The notes: generated by a model not told the origin, from the sequence alone. Shown: positions 40,730-52,999, counted from the whole stretch's first letter. The stretch is DNA of 63,918 nt, filler included, from Octopus bimaculoides (GCF_001194135.2; 10 parts of 9 records of this genome joined end to end with filler, not necessarily neighbours in it); one strand, 5' to 3'. Made by a program: numbers and translations.

Positions 40730-41050
40730 CAAGAGCACCCAGAGAACAGAAACCTCCACCAACACCAACGTCCTCTCAATGATTAGCTAGAGATGATTTT
40801 TAAAATGAGAATATCTGCTCTCAAAAAAGAAAATGCTAAAAATGAACTTGACCACTCTCAAAAATTAAATAAAAAAACAGGAAAAATAATCCAGAATCTT
40901 TGTCTGGTACCAGTTCGATGCCAAAATCTAATCAGTTTGTGCCAGTCACGAGGCCAAACATCCCTGAAAGTTTCATCCAGCTTCATCCAGTGGTTCTTGA
41001 GATATCTTGTCCATGGACAAACAAGCAAACACGGCTAAAAACAATATCTT
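40728..41050 (+). mobile_element. Non-autonomous Helentron-associated (HINE)-like or other dispersed element
   Basis: Starts aacaagagcac and ends ...cttgagatatcttgtccatggacaaacaagcaaacacgg...aacaata, the layout I recall for HINE/Pearl-like repeats; not verified. Confidence 0.4.
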
Positions 41051-41206
41051 AGTAAATGGTTTCAAATTTTAGCACAAGGCCAGTAATATCAAGTTGATTA
41101 TGTCAACTCCAATGCTCAAATGCTTCTTATTTTATGGACCCCAAATGAGGAAAGGTAAAGCTAAGCTTGGTGGAGTTTGAACTCAGAATATAAAGACAGA
41201 CAAAAT

Positions 41207-41533
41207 AGTTTATTTACATTATTTACATTTGACAGATATTTCTCCTCATCTTGTTTGTTGTTGACACAACGTTTCGGCTGATATACCCTCCAGCCTTCGT
41301 CAGGTGTCTTGGGGAAATTTCGAACTTGGGTTCTCATTCCTAACGATGTTACTATTATTATTTATTATTATTATTACTATTATTAATCAGGTCGCTGCCG
41401 TGAATCGAACTCGGAACCTTGGGGTTAGTAGCCCGCGCTCTTAACCACTACGCCATATGAGGAGAAATATCCGTCAAATGTAAATAATGTAAATAATGTA
41501 AATAATTCCTCATCTCTTAAATATAGAACTGTA
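41207..41533 (-). mobile_element. tRNA-headed SINE-like insertion carrying a hammerhead ribozyme, with inverted 3'-end copy and TSD
   Basis: 9-bp TSD AGACAAAAT at 41198-41206 and 41534-41542. 40-bp inverted repeat (41210-41249 vs 41457-41496, 1 mismatch). A box TGGCGTAGTGG and B box GAGTTCGATTC within 41389-41456, a (TAA)n-like tract, and a hammerhead at 41263-41308. Confidence 0.85.
41263..41308 (-). ncRNA. Minimal type I hammerhead ribozyme
   Basis: Minus strand: GACAC-CUGACGA-A-GGCUG(gaggguauau)CAGCC-GAAA-CGUU^-GUGUC. Stem I is 5 bp, stem II is 5 bp, stem III is the palindrome AACGUU with no loop, and the NUH triplet is GUU. Confidence 0.8.
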
Positions 41534-41794
41534 AGACAAAATGGTGTTAAGCATTTTGTCCTTAATAATAATTATAAAAATAATAATAATAATGATAAAA
41601 ATAATAATAAAAACAACAAAAACAGCAACAACAATAATAATGATAATAATAATAATTATTATTATTATTGTGTGTGTAAACTGGGAATGCATACAATGAG
41701 CTTCTCTGTCCTACGTGTACAGAAAACGCTCGGCAAGAAATGGAAGAAAATTTGAAGAAAGAAGAAAAAAAACAACATAATAATAATAATAATG

Positions 41795-41846
<52 letters not shown>

Positions 41847-41869
41847 TAATAATTGACGTTGGTGTTGAT

Positions 41870-42775
41870 GTCAAGAAAAAGAAACATAATGAGAGTGACA
41901 AAAAAAAAGATCCATGGTGGAAAAGAAGACTCCAGGAAGGGTTAGACATGCTCTTGAAGAAAATCTCTGTGTTAGACCGAAAAGAGAAAGGGGAGCTTAA
42001 AAGTGAACAAAAATACAGGGTGCTGGAAAGGAAGTAAAATATTGAAAGAAAGGGGCTGAAAGTAGTAGTGGAGGAACTGAAACAGCACCTCATTACAAAG
42101 AAAGCAAAGATGGTAAGATGGTATGAAGGGTTACCACCAGAATAGGTTATTCAGAGTAGATCAGGAGATTCTATAAAGAAATAAATGGAGAGTGTACAGA
42201 TGAAAAGTTGATACCAGATAACGTTGAAAGTCAAAGGTTTTGGAGTGACATCTGGAGCAAAGACAAGGAACTGAGCAAGAAGCAAAGACGAGGATGCTGA
42301 ATGGTTGCAAGAACTGAAAGAAACAGTAGTCTGTCCAAAACAGGCAGAACTAGTCATTTCAGCAAAAAAATGAGCAACTGGAAGGCCCAGGGGCCAGATG
42401 GAGTTCAAGGCTACTGGATCAAAAGATTTGGTGAATGTCATGTACAAATAGTTTGCGCAACTCAACGCCTTGTTAAATGCCGACAAAATAACATCAGAGT
42501 GGTTGAAATTGGGTAGGACAGTGCTGTGCCTGAAAAACATTGAAAAAAAGCAATAAGGTAGACAATTACAGGCCGATATCCTGTTTGCCACTTATGTGGA
42601 AGTTATTGACTGGAATATTCGCAGAGTCAATGTATGAACACTTGGATAAAAATGGAGTCCTGCCACATGAGCAGGAGGGTTGCAAGCATAAGGATCAACT
42701 CCTGATAGACAAAACTGTACTTAGAGACTGCAAGAGGAGGAAAAATAACTTAACCATGTCAATGTTGGGCAAATG
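41870..42775 (+). mobile_element. R4/Dong-clade non-LTR retrotransposon RT fragment
   Basis: DPWWKRRLQ...; NWKAQGPDGVQGYWIKRF; [18 protein letters not shown]...LPHEQEGC...[22 protein letters not shown]. Frameshifted. Confidence 0.85.
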
Positions 42776-43739
42776 AAAAATCCAGATGATGAAGGAATAT
42801 AATAACTGATGAGCTGCTGCAAGCCCAGCTCTACCTAAGCATTGGTTGGCTCGGGGTTAGAGTAAAAGAAAATTATACAATTACTTGTATAATTACAGAG
42901 TTTTTCCTTACCTTGCTGTTCTTAGTTCAAGATCTCCCATAGCACAATCAAGACTGAAATTGTAACAAAAATCTCACTGTGATCCAATCTGACTTATTCC
43001 ATAATCACTTACGCCAGAACGAACTTGTATGAATAAATCTTGATATAAATAAAACTTGATATGAACTTGATATGAATAAAACATCGGTTTCAAACATAAA
43101 TTTCAATATGATAAAGAAACAGGAAAAAACTAAAATCGAAGAAACTCATAATGCAACACGAATATGGGTGATAAGAAAAAAAATGTTATTATATAATTTT
43201 TTTATGACAATTTCCCATTAAAATCGCAATTTTATGATATTTTCTCATATTTTTGTCACGTCATAAAATGGTATTTCTGTACAATTCATTTACGATCTTC
43301 TCTCCTTGTAGAATTTACTATGCATAATATTTTCTTATTTTAGTTACTTCTGAAACAAAAATTGCTGTGTAACTCAACCATAACTACAACAGTTACTATA
43401 AGGATGACAAAAAATTTGATAGATTGAAACAGATGTTGGCATTGCTATTGTTGCTGTAATTGTTGTTGCTGTTGTTAACATTTAAGCAGACTTGTGATTA
43501 AAGGCGTTCCAGCCATGACAACACCTCCTTCTTTTTATGAAATATAGGTGCAGGCATGGCTATGCGGTACAAAGTTGGCTTCCTAAGCACACAGTTTCAT
43601 GTTCAGTCCTACTGTATGGCACCTTGGGCAAGTGTCTTCTATGATAGCCCTGGGTCATCCTAGCCTTTGCAAATGGATATATATATATACACACATATAT
43701 ATATACGCACACATATGTATGTATATGTATATATATTTA

Positions 43740-43794
<55 letters not shown>

Positions 43795-43895
43795 CCTCGC
43801 ATTCGGTAAAAATGTGCTTTTTTTATAGTAGTCTGACCTTAGAGTCCCTCATGGCATGAGGCATTATTGTATAGTAATGCCCTTATATAAATATA

Positions 43896-43936
<41 letters not shown>

Positions 43937-44643
43937 TGTTAATGTCCTGTTATTCGCATTTGTATTTGTGAACCATTTCTCCATTTTGTTTTTCCGTCCT
44001 TGTTTTCGTATACATTCGCTGCTTTCTTCCAAGGAATCTAGTGCTCTTAGCTTAGGTTTTCCTTGGGGCTGGCCAGATTGGAGCAGTCTTGAGTATAACC
44101 AGCTGAAACTGCAAAGATAATCTGGAACTTGACTGACGAAAGAAAACTCTGAATTGACCTGTCCCTGTTTTCTCTTGTCCCTTTTTGTATCATCTAACTG
44201 CCTGGATGTCTTGTTGTTGCCTGTTGTGTTCTTGTCCCATTTTTTGTATTCTTTTTTATATCCATATAGCGGTGTACGTACACTTTGGTCTCTAATATAT
44301 ATATACATATATAAAATATATCATCATCATCGTTTAACGTCCGCTTTCCATGCTAGCATGGGTTGGACGATTTGACTGAGGACTGGTGAAACCGGATGGC
44401 AACACCAGGCTCCAGCCTGATTTGGCAGAGTTTCTACAGCTGGATGCCCTTCCTAACGCCAACCACTCAGAGAGTGTAGTGGGTGCTTTTACGTGTCACC
44501 CGCACGAAAACGGCCACGCTCGAAATGGTGTCTTTTATGTGCCNNNNNNNNNNNNNNNNNNNNNNNNNNNNNNNNNNNNNNNNNNNNTTAATTAATTAAN
44601 NNNNNNNNNNNNNNNNNNNNNNNNNNNNNNNNNNNNNNNNNNN

Positions 44644-45270
44644 TATAGTCTAATCACCCATATAGTCAATCAGGTGATACATGAAGGAGTCATACCCAAT
44701 GAGTGGTGTAGCAGCACCATAGTCAACTGCTACAAAGGTAAAGGTGATGCATTAGATATGAATAATTACAGAGGTATCAAGTTGTTGGATCAGGTAATGA
44801 AAGTCATGGGGAGGGTCATAGCCCAACTAATTAGAGAGAGAGTCAGTTTAAACGAGATGTAGTTTGGGTTTGTGCCAGGGAAAAGCACCACTGATGCTAT
44901 ATTTCTGGTAAGACAGCTGCAGGAAAAATACCTAGCCAAAGATAAACATCTGTACCTGGCTTTTGTTGACATGGAGAAAGCCTTTGACAGAGACCCCCGA
45001 TCCCTTACCTGATGGTCAATGTGGAAACTAGAGATAGACGAGTGCTTAGTGGGAGCTGTACAAGACATGTACAGGGATGCTGTCCGTAAGGTGAGGGTTG
45101 GCAACAAGTATAGTGAAGAATTCCAGGTCGGAGTAGGGGTACACCTAGGATCAGTCCTCAGCCCCCTCTTATTCATCATAGTCCTCCAAGCAATACCAGA
45201 GGAATTCAAACCAGGATGCCCCTGGGAGCATCGCTATGCTGATGACCTTGCTCTAATAGCTAACATATGT
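44644..45270 (+). mobile_element. RTE-clade LINE reverse-transcriptase fragment
   Basis: IPNEWCSSTIVNCYKGKGDALDMNNYRGIKLL...AFVDMEKAFDR...VGVHLGSVLSPLLFIIVL...RYADDLAL, with stops. Confidence 0.92.
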
Positions 45271-45974
45271 TTAAGTTTTCTGTCCCACCAGGTCATGAAG
45301 AGGCCGGCNNNNNNNNNNGGGTTTATTTTTTTTTAATTAAGATTTGGTCTTTGTTTAGTGGAATTTCTATAGAAAACTTCACGAAGTATTTGTTTTTGTT
45401 TTCTCCTTTATTAAACACCTACTTCCGCGAGCCGCAAGACCTGGTGAATCGCACAACCTGATTCAGCTCTTTCAAACCTTCAGAGATGCCTGATGTTTAT
45501 TCATTCCATTCGTAGTAGAGTTATCCAAATGATATCACATTCCACGTGCTAGGAGTGTTCCATGCGATATCGATAATATAAACTGCGTAGTCAGTGCAGA
45601 TGAAATTTCATTGGCGTAAGCGACAATCCATGTCATCAACGAGTTACTTCATTACGTTAAGATAATTTTAGATAATGTCCCTAAAAGAATATTAACGAAA
45701 GGATTTACGTCGTTGAAAAGCCAGATTTTCTAAACATTTGATTTGCTGTGGCGGGAGTTGCCTATTTTCTCAAAGTATCGTCGATTTTTAATAGACACAA
45801 GGCCACAAATAGTGGGAAGAATTTAATCGTTTACATCAACTCCAGTACTTGACTGGTGCTGTGGGAAGGCTTAGTTGACCTCGGTGGGATTTGAACTCCT
45901 ATCGCAATGTATTTTGTCTAATGCTCCACTAATTCTCCCAATTCACCATTCTTCCCAAGAGCAGTACAATATAA

Positions 45975-46271
45975 TCTAATGGAAAACCCGACCCACAGCC
46001 TAGTACTGAAACAAGCTTTCGAAGTTGACCAGCTATCTGAATTGACAGTACCTTGGTAGATAAAGCAATTAAGAGTATGAAGACAGGGAAGCTTAAAATA
46101 TCTGGCAGTGTCAGCTATAGTCTAATCACCCATATAGTCAATCAGGTGATACATGAAGGAGTCATACCCAATGAGTGGTGTAGCAGCACCATAGTCAACT
46201 GCTACAAAGGTAAAGGTGATGCATTAGATATGAATAATTACAGAGGTATCAAGTTGTTGGATCAGGTAATG
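45975..46271 (+). mobile_element. RTE-clade RT fragment
   Basis: VDKAIKSMKTGK...IPNEWCSSTIVNCYKGKGD...; 46116-46271 is identical to 44644-44799. Confidence 0.88.
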
Positions 46272-46371
46272 NNNNNNNNNNNNNNNNNNNNNNNNNNNNN
46301 NNNNNNNNNNNNNNNTTAATTAATTAANNNNNNNNNNNNNNNNNNNNNNNNNNNNNNNNNNNNNNNNNNNN

Positions 46372-46829
46372 ATACAGCTAATCTGCGATCAAGCACCGCC
46401 ATCTCTTCATAGGTTCCAAAATAATTTATACCAATAGCCCGAATATTGAGTCTTCCTGCAGGACCACAACACTTGTTTATTTGACAATTATTTCTGTTAG
46501 AGTTATCGTCCGAATCAGAGGAATTTTGAGGTTGATTATTATCATACAAATCATTCAGCAAATTCGGCACGCCATTTTTGATAGGAAAATTTCCAAATTT
46601 CATCGTGTNNNNNNNNNNAAATTCGGCACGCCATTTTTGATAGGAAAATTTCCAAATTTCATCGTGTCGAAAGGTCGTTCGTAAATAATTTCTACCGGAA
46701 TAAATGCCCATTCATCTACATCGCATTTACGGTTGATACAAAACATATTCTGATAGGGAATTAAAGTACTGCAACGAGTTGATTTTCTAGATTTTGACTC
46801 GCATCTACCATTATTGCAGGTTAAATATG
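46372..46829 (-). CDS. Partial exon of an unidentified Cys-rich protein
   Basis: Collapsing the 49-bp duplication across the 10-N gap (46560-46608 = 46619-46667) gives one stop-free frame of 132 codons: YLTCNNGRCESKSRKSTRCSTLIPYQNMFCINRKCDVDEWAFIPVEIIYERPFDTMKFGNFPIKNGVPNLLNDLYDNNQPQNSSDSDDNSNRNNCQINKCCGPAGRLNIRAIGINYFGTYEEMAVLDRRLAV. Both ends are cut by gaps. Confidence 0.7.
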
Positions 46830-48357
46830 NNNNNNNNNNNNNNNNNNNNNNNNNNNNNNNNNNNNNNNNNNNNNNNNNNNNNNNNNNNNNNNNNNNNNNN
46901 NNNNNNNNNNNNNNNNNNNNNNNNNNNNNNNNNNNNNNNNNNNNNNNNNNNNNNNNNNNNNNNNNNNNNNNNNNNNNNNNNNNNNNNNNNNNNNNNNNNN
47001 NNNNNNNNNNNNNNNNNNNNNNNNNNNNNNNNNNNNNNNNNNNNNNNNNNNNNNNNNNNNNNNNNNNNNNNNNNNNNNNNNNNNNNNNNNNNNNNNNNNN
47101 NNNNNNNNNNNNNNNNNNNNNNNNNNNNNNNNNNNNNNNNNNNNNNNNNNNNNNNNNNNNNNNNNNNNNNNNNNNNNNNNNNNNNNNNNNNNNNNNNNNN
47201 NNNNNNNNNNNNNNNNNNNNNNNNNNNNNNNNNNNNNNNNNNNNNNNNNNNNNNNNNNNNNNNNNNNNNNNNNNNNNNNNNNNNNNNNNNNNNNNNNNNN
47301 NNNNNNNNNNNNNNNNNNNNNNNNNNNNNNNNNNNNNNNNNNNNNNNNNNNNNNNNNNNNNNNNNNNNNNNNNNNNNNNNNNNNNNNNNNNNNNNNNNNN
47401 NNNNNNNNNNNNNNNNNNNNNNNNNNNNNNNNNNNNNNNNNNNNNNNNNNNNNNNNNNNNNNNNNNNNNNNNNNNNNNNNNNNNNNNNNNNNNNNNNNNN
47501 NNNNNNNNNNNNNNNNCATATTTCAATACATATTTACTTTTATCGATTAATTAATTTCATTTATCAAGTGAAAATTATATTATGCCCAAATTGTTTCGGT
47601 ACAAGAGACGCTTTAATCTTTTGTATAGTGACATATCTCAGGATTTCGCCAGCAACATTAGTGTATAATATTCATAAACTAATCTTAGAGTTTTAAGAAC
47701 GGATGGGAGTGTACGCCCCAATGATCGCAGAATAAGTGTGTGAACAGCGACTGTAGATATAATTTACTTTGAAAAACAAATTGATGGAGAAACATGGCTC
47801 ACAATTTCTATAAATAATGAAATATATGGGGTGTCTATTATTGCGTCCGATTTATGTTAACAAATTAAGAAGTCTAAATGGATTTGACACTATTCTTAAT
47901 GTAAAAAATTGCATCTGAAATGGAAATTTATAAATATCTTGTAGTTTATTTCATATTATATATACTAATATATTTAAAGCATAGGTGTTAATTTAATATC
48001 ATAGTTGATGATATATTCATGCTATCAGAGATAAAATAACATCGGCGTTAAAACAATATTACGGTTGGAGTAAAGATTGTTTTCCAACATAATATGCCCG
48101 TCCTTGTTTAGGACGAATGTTGCTGTAATTTAGCCCCAAAGTACTGTTGCTGAATATCTCTCGTTGTGAGATTTAAAAATGGTAATTTTCTAATATTACA
48201 GCTGTTAATATGTATCTTTTAATAATATTGCAATTGTCAATATAACATTTCTTCTATTTTCCCACTACATTTCTCCCTGTATAGTCTTTGAATGTTTTCA
48301 GGTGCTGGTCTTAAATTTTGTGATTTTGAGAGAAGAGTCAGTGGTTAGTTTTACTAC

Positions 48358-48451
48358 ATGCAATTGTTTCTGCTTTTCGTGAAAAGTTCTAAGTCTCTGC
48401 TGTCGTATTTACTCAAATTAAATGGATACAACCAGGTGATATATTTCATTC
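48358..48451 (-). CDS. Candidate exon, possibly upstream in the same gene as 46372-46829
   Basis: Good acceptor (ttgttgtttcttacag|) and only one open frame, (G)MKYITWLYPFNLSKYDSRDLELFTKSRNNC. The donor (gtagta) is weak. Same segment and strand as the Cys-rich ORF. Confidence 0.35.
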
Positions 48452-50544
48452 CTGTAAGAAACAACAATAGTGGGAAAACTGAGTCAAGATGGGCATCTTC
48501 GTAAGCGCGGGCGTGGTAAAAAACTTGCTTCCTAGCCATACGGTTCGGGATTCTATCCCACTGTGTGTTACCTTGGGCAAGTGACGTTTACTATAGTCCT
48601 GGGCTAACCAAATCTATGTGAATGACCGCAGTCTAATGAGTGAAATAAATAAAAGATTTNNNNNNNNNNNNNNNNNNNNNNNNNNNNNNNNNNNNNNNNN
48701 NNNTTAATTAATTAANNNNNNNNNNNNNNNNNNNNNNNNNNNNNNNNNNNNNNNNNNNNAAGAAGATCAATAATAATAATAATAATAGTTGTAGAGAAAG
48801 AAGGAGAATTAGAAGAGGGGAAAAGATGAAGATGATGGTGATGATGATGATGAAGGTGATGATGAAATTGGAGAAAGAAGTCGATAACGGTGAAGAAAAG
48901 AAGGAAAGACAAATAAGGAGATGATGATGATGATGATGATGATTAAGAAGAGGAAAGAAGAAAAGTAAAGAAGGAAGAAGATGATGATGGAGTAGAATAA
49001 GATGATGCTGTAAAAGATAAAGAAGAAGAAGAAGAAGAAGAAGAAGAAGAAGAAGAAGAAGAAGAAGAAGAAGAACGTATTTAGACAAAAAAGTAGATGT
49101 CGAAAGAGAATGAAGAAAACGAAAGGGAAATATGAAGGAAAAAGAGGCAACGATGATGGAGAACGAGACGGGAAGAGAAGAAAAACAGGGAGCAGAGGAA
49201 GAAAAAGTAAAGAGAAAGGGAGGAGGAAGGAAGGGCGAGATAAAGGGACAAAGGAGGGGAAAATGAAGAAAATTTAGGAAGAAGGAAAAGAAAAGGAGAA
49301 ATGAGAAGAAGTAGGGAGAAAAGATAAAGGAGACGAAGAAAATATTGAAGAAAGAAGATAAAATTGAAACGAAGAAAATAGATGAAGAAGAAAAAGCAAT
49401 AAGAGAAGCCAGAGGAGAAGAAGAGCAACAAAAACGAAACCAACAATGGAGGATGAGTGAATGAATATATAATAAGAACAAGGCAGCGGTAAAGAAAAGA
49501 GAGGACGGTGGCGCAACGAGTGCGTGCGTGCGTGTGCGTGTGCGTGTGTGTGTGTGTGTAGGTGTGTGTGTCTGTGGATGTGCGTTTGTGTGAGTATTTT
49601 TATATGAATGCACACATGCATGCGTGTGCGTGTGTGTGTGTAACACAGGTTTATAATAGAGCATGCGTGTCTGTGTGTGTGTGTGTGTNNNNNNNNNNNN
49701 NNNNNNNNNNNNNNNNNNNNNNNNNNNNNNNNNNNNNNNNNNNNNNNNNNNNNNNNNNNNNNNNNNNNNNNNNNNNNNNNNNNNNNNNNNNNNNNNNNNN
49801 NNNNNNNNNNNNNNNNNNNNNNNNNNNNNNNNNNNNNNNNNNNNNNNNNNNNNNNNNNNNNNNNNNNNNNNNNNNNNNNNNNNNNNNNNNNNNNNNNNNN
49901 NNNNNNNNNNNNNNNNNNNNNNNNNNNNNNNNNNNNNNNNNNNNNNNNNNNNNNNNNNNNNNNNNNNNNNNNNNNNNNNNNNNNNNNNNNNNNNNNNNNN
50001 NNNNNNNNNNNNNNNNNNNNNNNNNNNNNNNNNNNNNNNNNNNNNNNNNNNNNNNNNNNNNNNNNNNNNNNNNNNNNNNNNNNNNNNNNNNNNNNNNNNN
50101 NNNNNNNNNNNNNNNNNNNNNNNNNNNNNNNNNNNNNNNNNNNNNNNNNNNNNNNNNNNNNNNNNNNNNNNNNNNNNNNNNNNNNNNNNNNNNNNNNNNN
50201 NNNNNNNNNNNNNNNNNNNNNNNNNNNNNNNNNNNNNNNNNNNNNNNNNNNNNNNNNNNNNNNNNNNNNNNNNNNNNNNNNNNNNNNNNNNNNNNNNNNN
50301 NNNNNNNNNNNNNNNNNNNNNNNNNNNNNNNNNNNNNNNNNNNNNNNNNNNNNNNNNNNNNNNNNNNNNNNNNNNNNNNNGGGGAGTGAAGTGGAGAGAA
50401 AGGAAAACGAAGTAATCGCCGTTGATTGGATGGGGTGTTGAAGGTAGATTAGCGAATGGGTGCGGGCGTTCGGGAGGTTATTCAAGGGTGGAGGGTGACA
50501 GTCGGCTGTCCGTGCGTGCACGGATATGTATGTGTGTGTGTGTG

Positions 50545-50602
<58 letters not shown>

Positions 50603-51789
50603 AACATATATGTATGTATATAAATATATGTGTGTGTGTATTTATGTATCTGTGTATATTTTGTATGCAATGTGTGTATATATACATGTAGATGTGCCTG
50701 TGTATACATGTGTATATATAGGTATTTTTATATATATATATATATATATGTATATAAACACTCTCTCAAATCGTATGTAATGACTATCTACTCACTCAGT
50801 ATATACATTCTATCTATCTATATATATATATTGTGTGTGTGTGTGTGTGCGCGCGTGTGAACATATGCCCCCAGAGAATAACGAAAAATAAACGAAATCA
50901 TATCCAGTACGAGATCGAACATGCATCTCTTGGTTTCTCGTTGGTTTGTGTAACCGATTGTACTAAGCTCATTGAAAAAAATCTTCACTATCAAGCAAAA
51001 ACAACAACAGAAAAAGACCTGTTTAAGTATGTATGTATGTATTTTACTGGATAAACTATCAAACAGAATTTTATATTCTCATATAACATATGGATTACGT
51101 ACAATTTAGCAGCCACTTGAGCACCAGATATATATTTACCATGCCATTTCGCACCTTAGAGTGTTACATAGGTGAGTTTTAAATTTAGGCCAGACCTAAA
51201 AGATATGTATATTAATGAATTACAAATTAAGTTTTTAATGTTGTGCTAAAGGTGAAGGCGACGAGCTGGCAGAATCGGTAGCATGCCGGACAACATGCCT
51301 TGCGGTATTTCGTCCGTCTTTACGTTCTAAGTTCAGATGCCACCGAGGTCGTCTTATGCTTTAATCCTTTCGGAGGAGTCGATAAAATTAGTATTTATAT
51401 ATATANNNNNNNNNNNNNNNNNNNNNNNNNNNNNNNNNNNNNNNNNNNNTTAATTAATTAANNNNNNNNNNNNNNNNNNNNNNNNNNNNNNNNNNNNNNN
51501 NNNNNGAACCCTGCTGTACTCTTCCACCACAACTTTCTCTCACTCTCACTTCCTGTTTCTGTTGTGCCTGTAATTCAAAGGGTCAGCCTTGTCACACTGT
51601 GTCACGCTGAATATCCCTGAGAACTACGTTAAGGGTACACATGTCTGTGGAGTGCTCAGCCACTTGCACGTTAATTTCACAAGCAGGCTGTTCCGTTGAT
51701 CGGATCAACTGGAACCCTCGACGTCGTAAGCGACAGAGTGCCAACAACAACAACAACAACAATATATATATATATTCTTTTTTTTTCGT

Positions 51790-52180
51790 CAATATCTACT
51801 CACTGGGTCTGTCCAGTTAACAAATACCTCTTGTGTCTACTAAATCCAGTCAACATCTATACTCTGTGTCTATGAGGTCAGCACCTACATCCTCTGTTTA
51901 TCCGACCACCATTTTACACACAGTGTCTGTCCATTCAATTTCTACTCATTATAATCACCATCTTCATCCTGTGTTTCTGCAGTCATTTTCTACACATTCT
52001 ATCTATATGATCAGCATCTACATCCTATGTCTCTCAAGTCAATTTCTACACACTCTATCTACATGGTCAGTATTTACATCCTGTGTCTATCCAGTTAATT
52101 TCTGCACACTCTGTCTATCAAAATCAATGTCAATAAACTATATCTACCGAGACAGCACCATCTATAAAGCATACTAAAGT
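51790..52180. repeat. Degenerate minisatellite, about 28-bp monomer / 56-bp dimer
   Basis: catcctgtgtttctgcagtcattttctacacattctatctatatgatcagcatcta recurs at a 56-bp period. Confidence 0.7.
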
Positions 52181-52687
52181 AGTTGATATTTACAGATTCA
52201 AACTGTGTTCATATAGCTGACATCTCTGCAGCTAATTCTAACCTTAAAATCTTCTATTCACTTCCACACTCACAGAAATGAAATGAAATAAATAAATAAC
52301 TAAATAACTAAATAAAGAAATAAAATATGCAGTAGAAAGAAAACAAAATTAAAAACTAGTGAAAATACAAAAGAAACCTTAGAATCTAAAACCGAAAACA
52401 GAAAGACAAAAAAAAAACATACAAAAGAACAGCAACAACAAAAAAAATGAAAAATAAAAAAAAAACTTAGAAAAGTTGATACTAAATCACATGCAAGAAT
52501 TTTACCGAAATTTCAACAGTCTTGTAACACTTCCTCTGTTGTTGTTATATCTTGGAACATTTTAACCAGAAGAAATATATCTGTGTTCTTGTGTTCTTGC
52601 AAACCAATGGAACCAACCAAACAAAACAAGCTCAGTATGTCTTTCAACTACTTCAAGAAACTTTCTCTCCAAGACAGAATGACGTGA

Positions 52688-52735
<48 letters not shown>

Positions 52736-52836
52736 TACATCCATATATATATATGTATGTATGTATATATATATATTTACACATCCATATATATATATGT
52801 GTGTCTGTATATATATATATATATATATTTACACAT

Positions 52837-52870
<34 letters not shown>

Positions 52871-52950
52871 NNNNNNNNNNNNNNNNNNNNNNNNNNNNNN
52901 NNNNNNNNNNNNNNNNNNNNNNNNNNNNNNNNNNNNNNNNNNNNNNNNNN

Positions 52951-52999
<49 letters not shown>

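Noticed and set aside
41389-41456. Functional tRNA gene
   Set aside because: The acceptor and anticodon stems are imperfect, and it is embedded in a TSD-flanked insertion; it is a SINE head.
42805-42835. CTGATGAG-ctgctgcaagcccagc hammerhead-like start
   Set aside because: No GAAA follows the stem.
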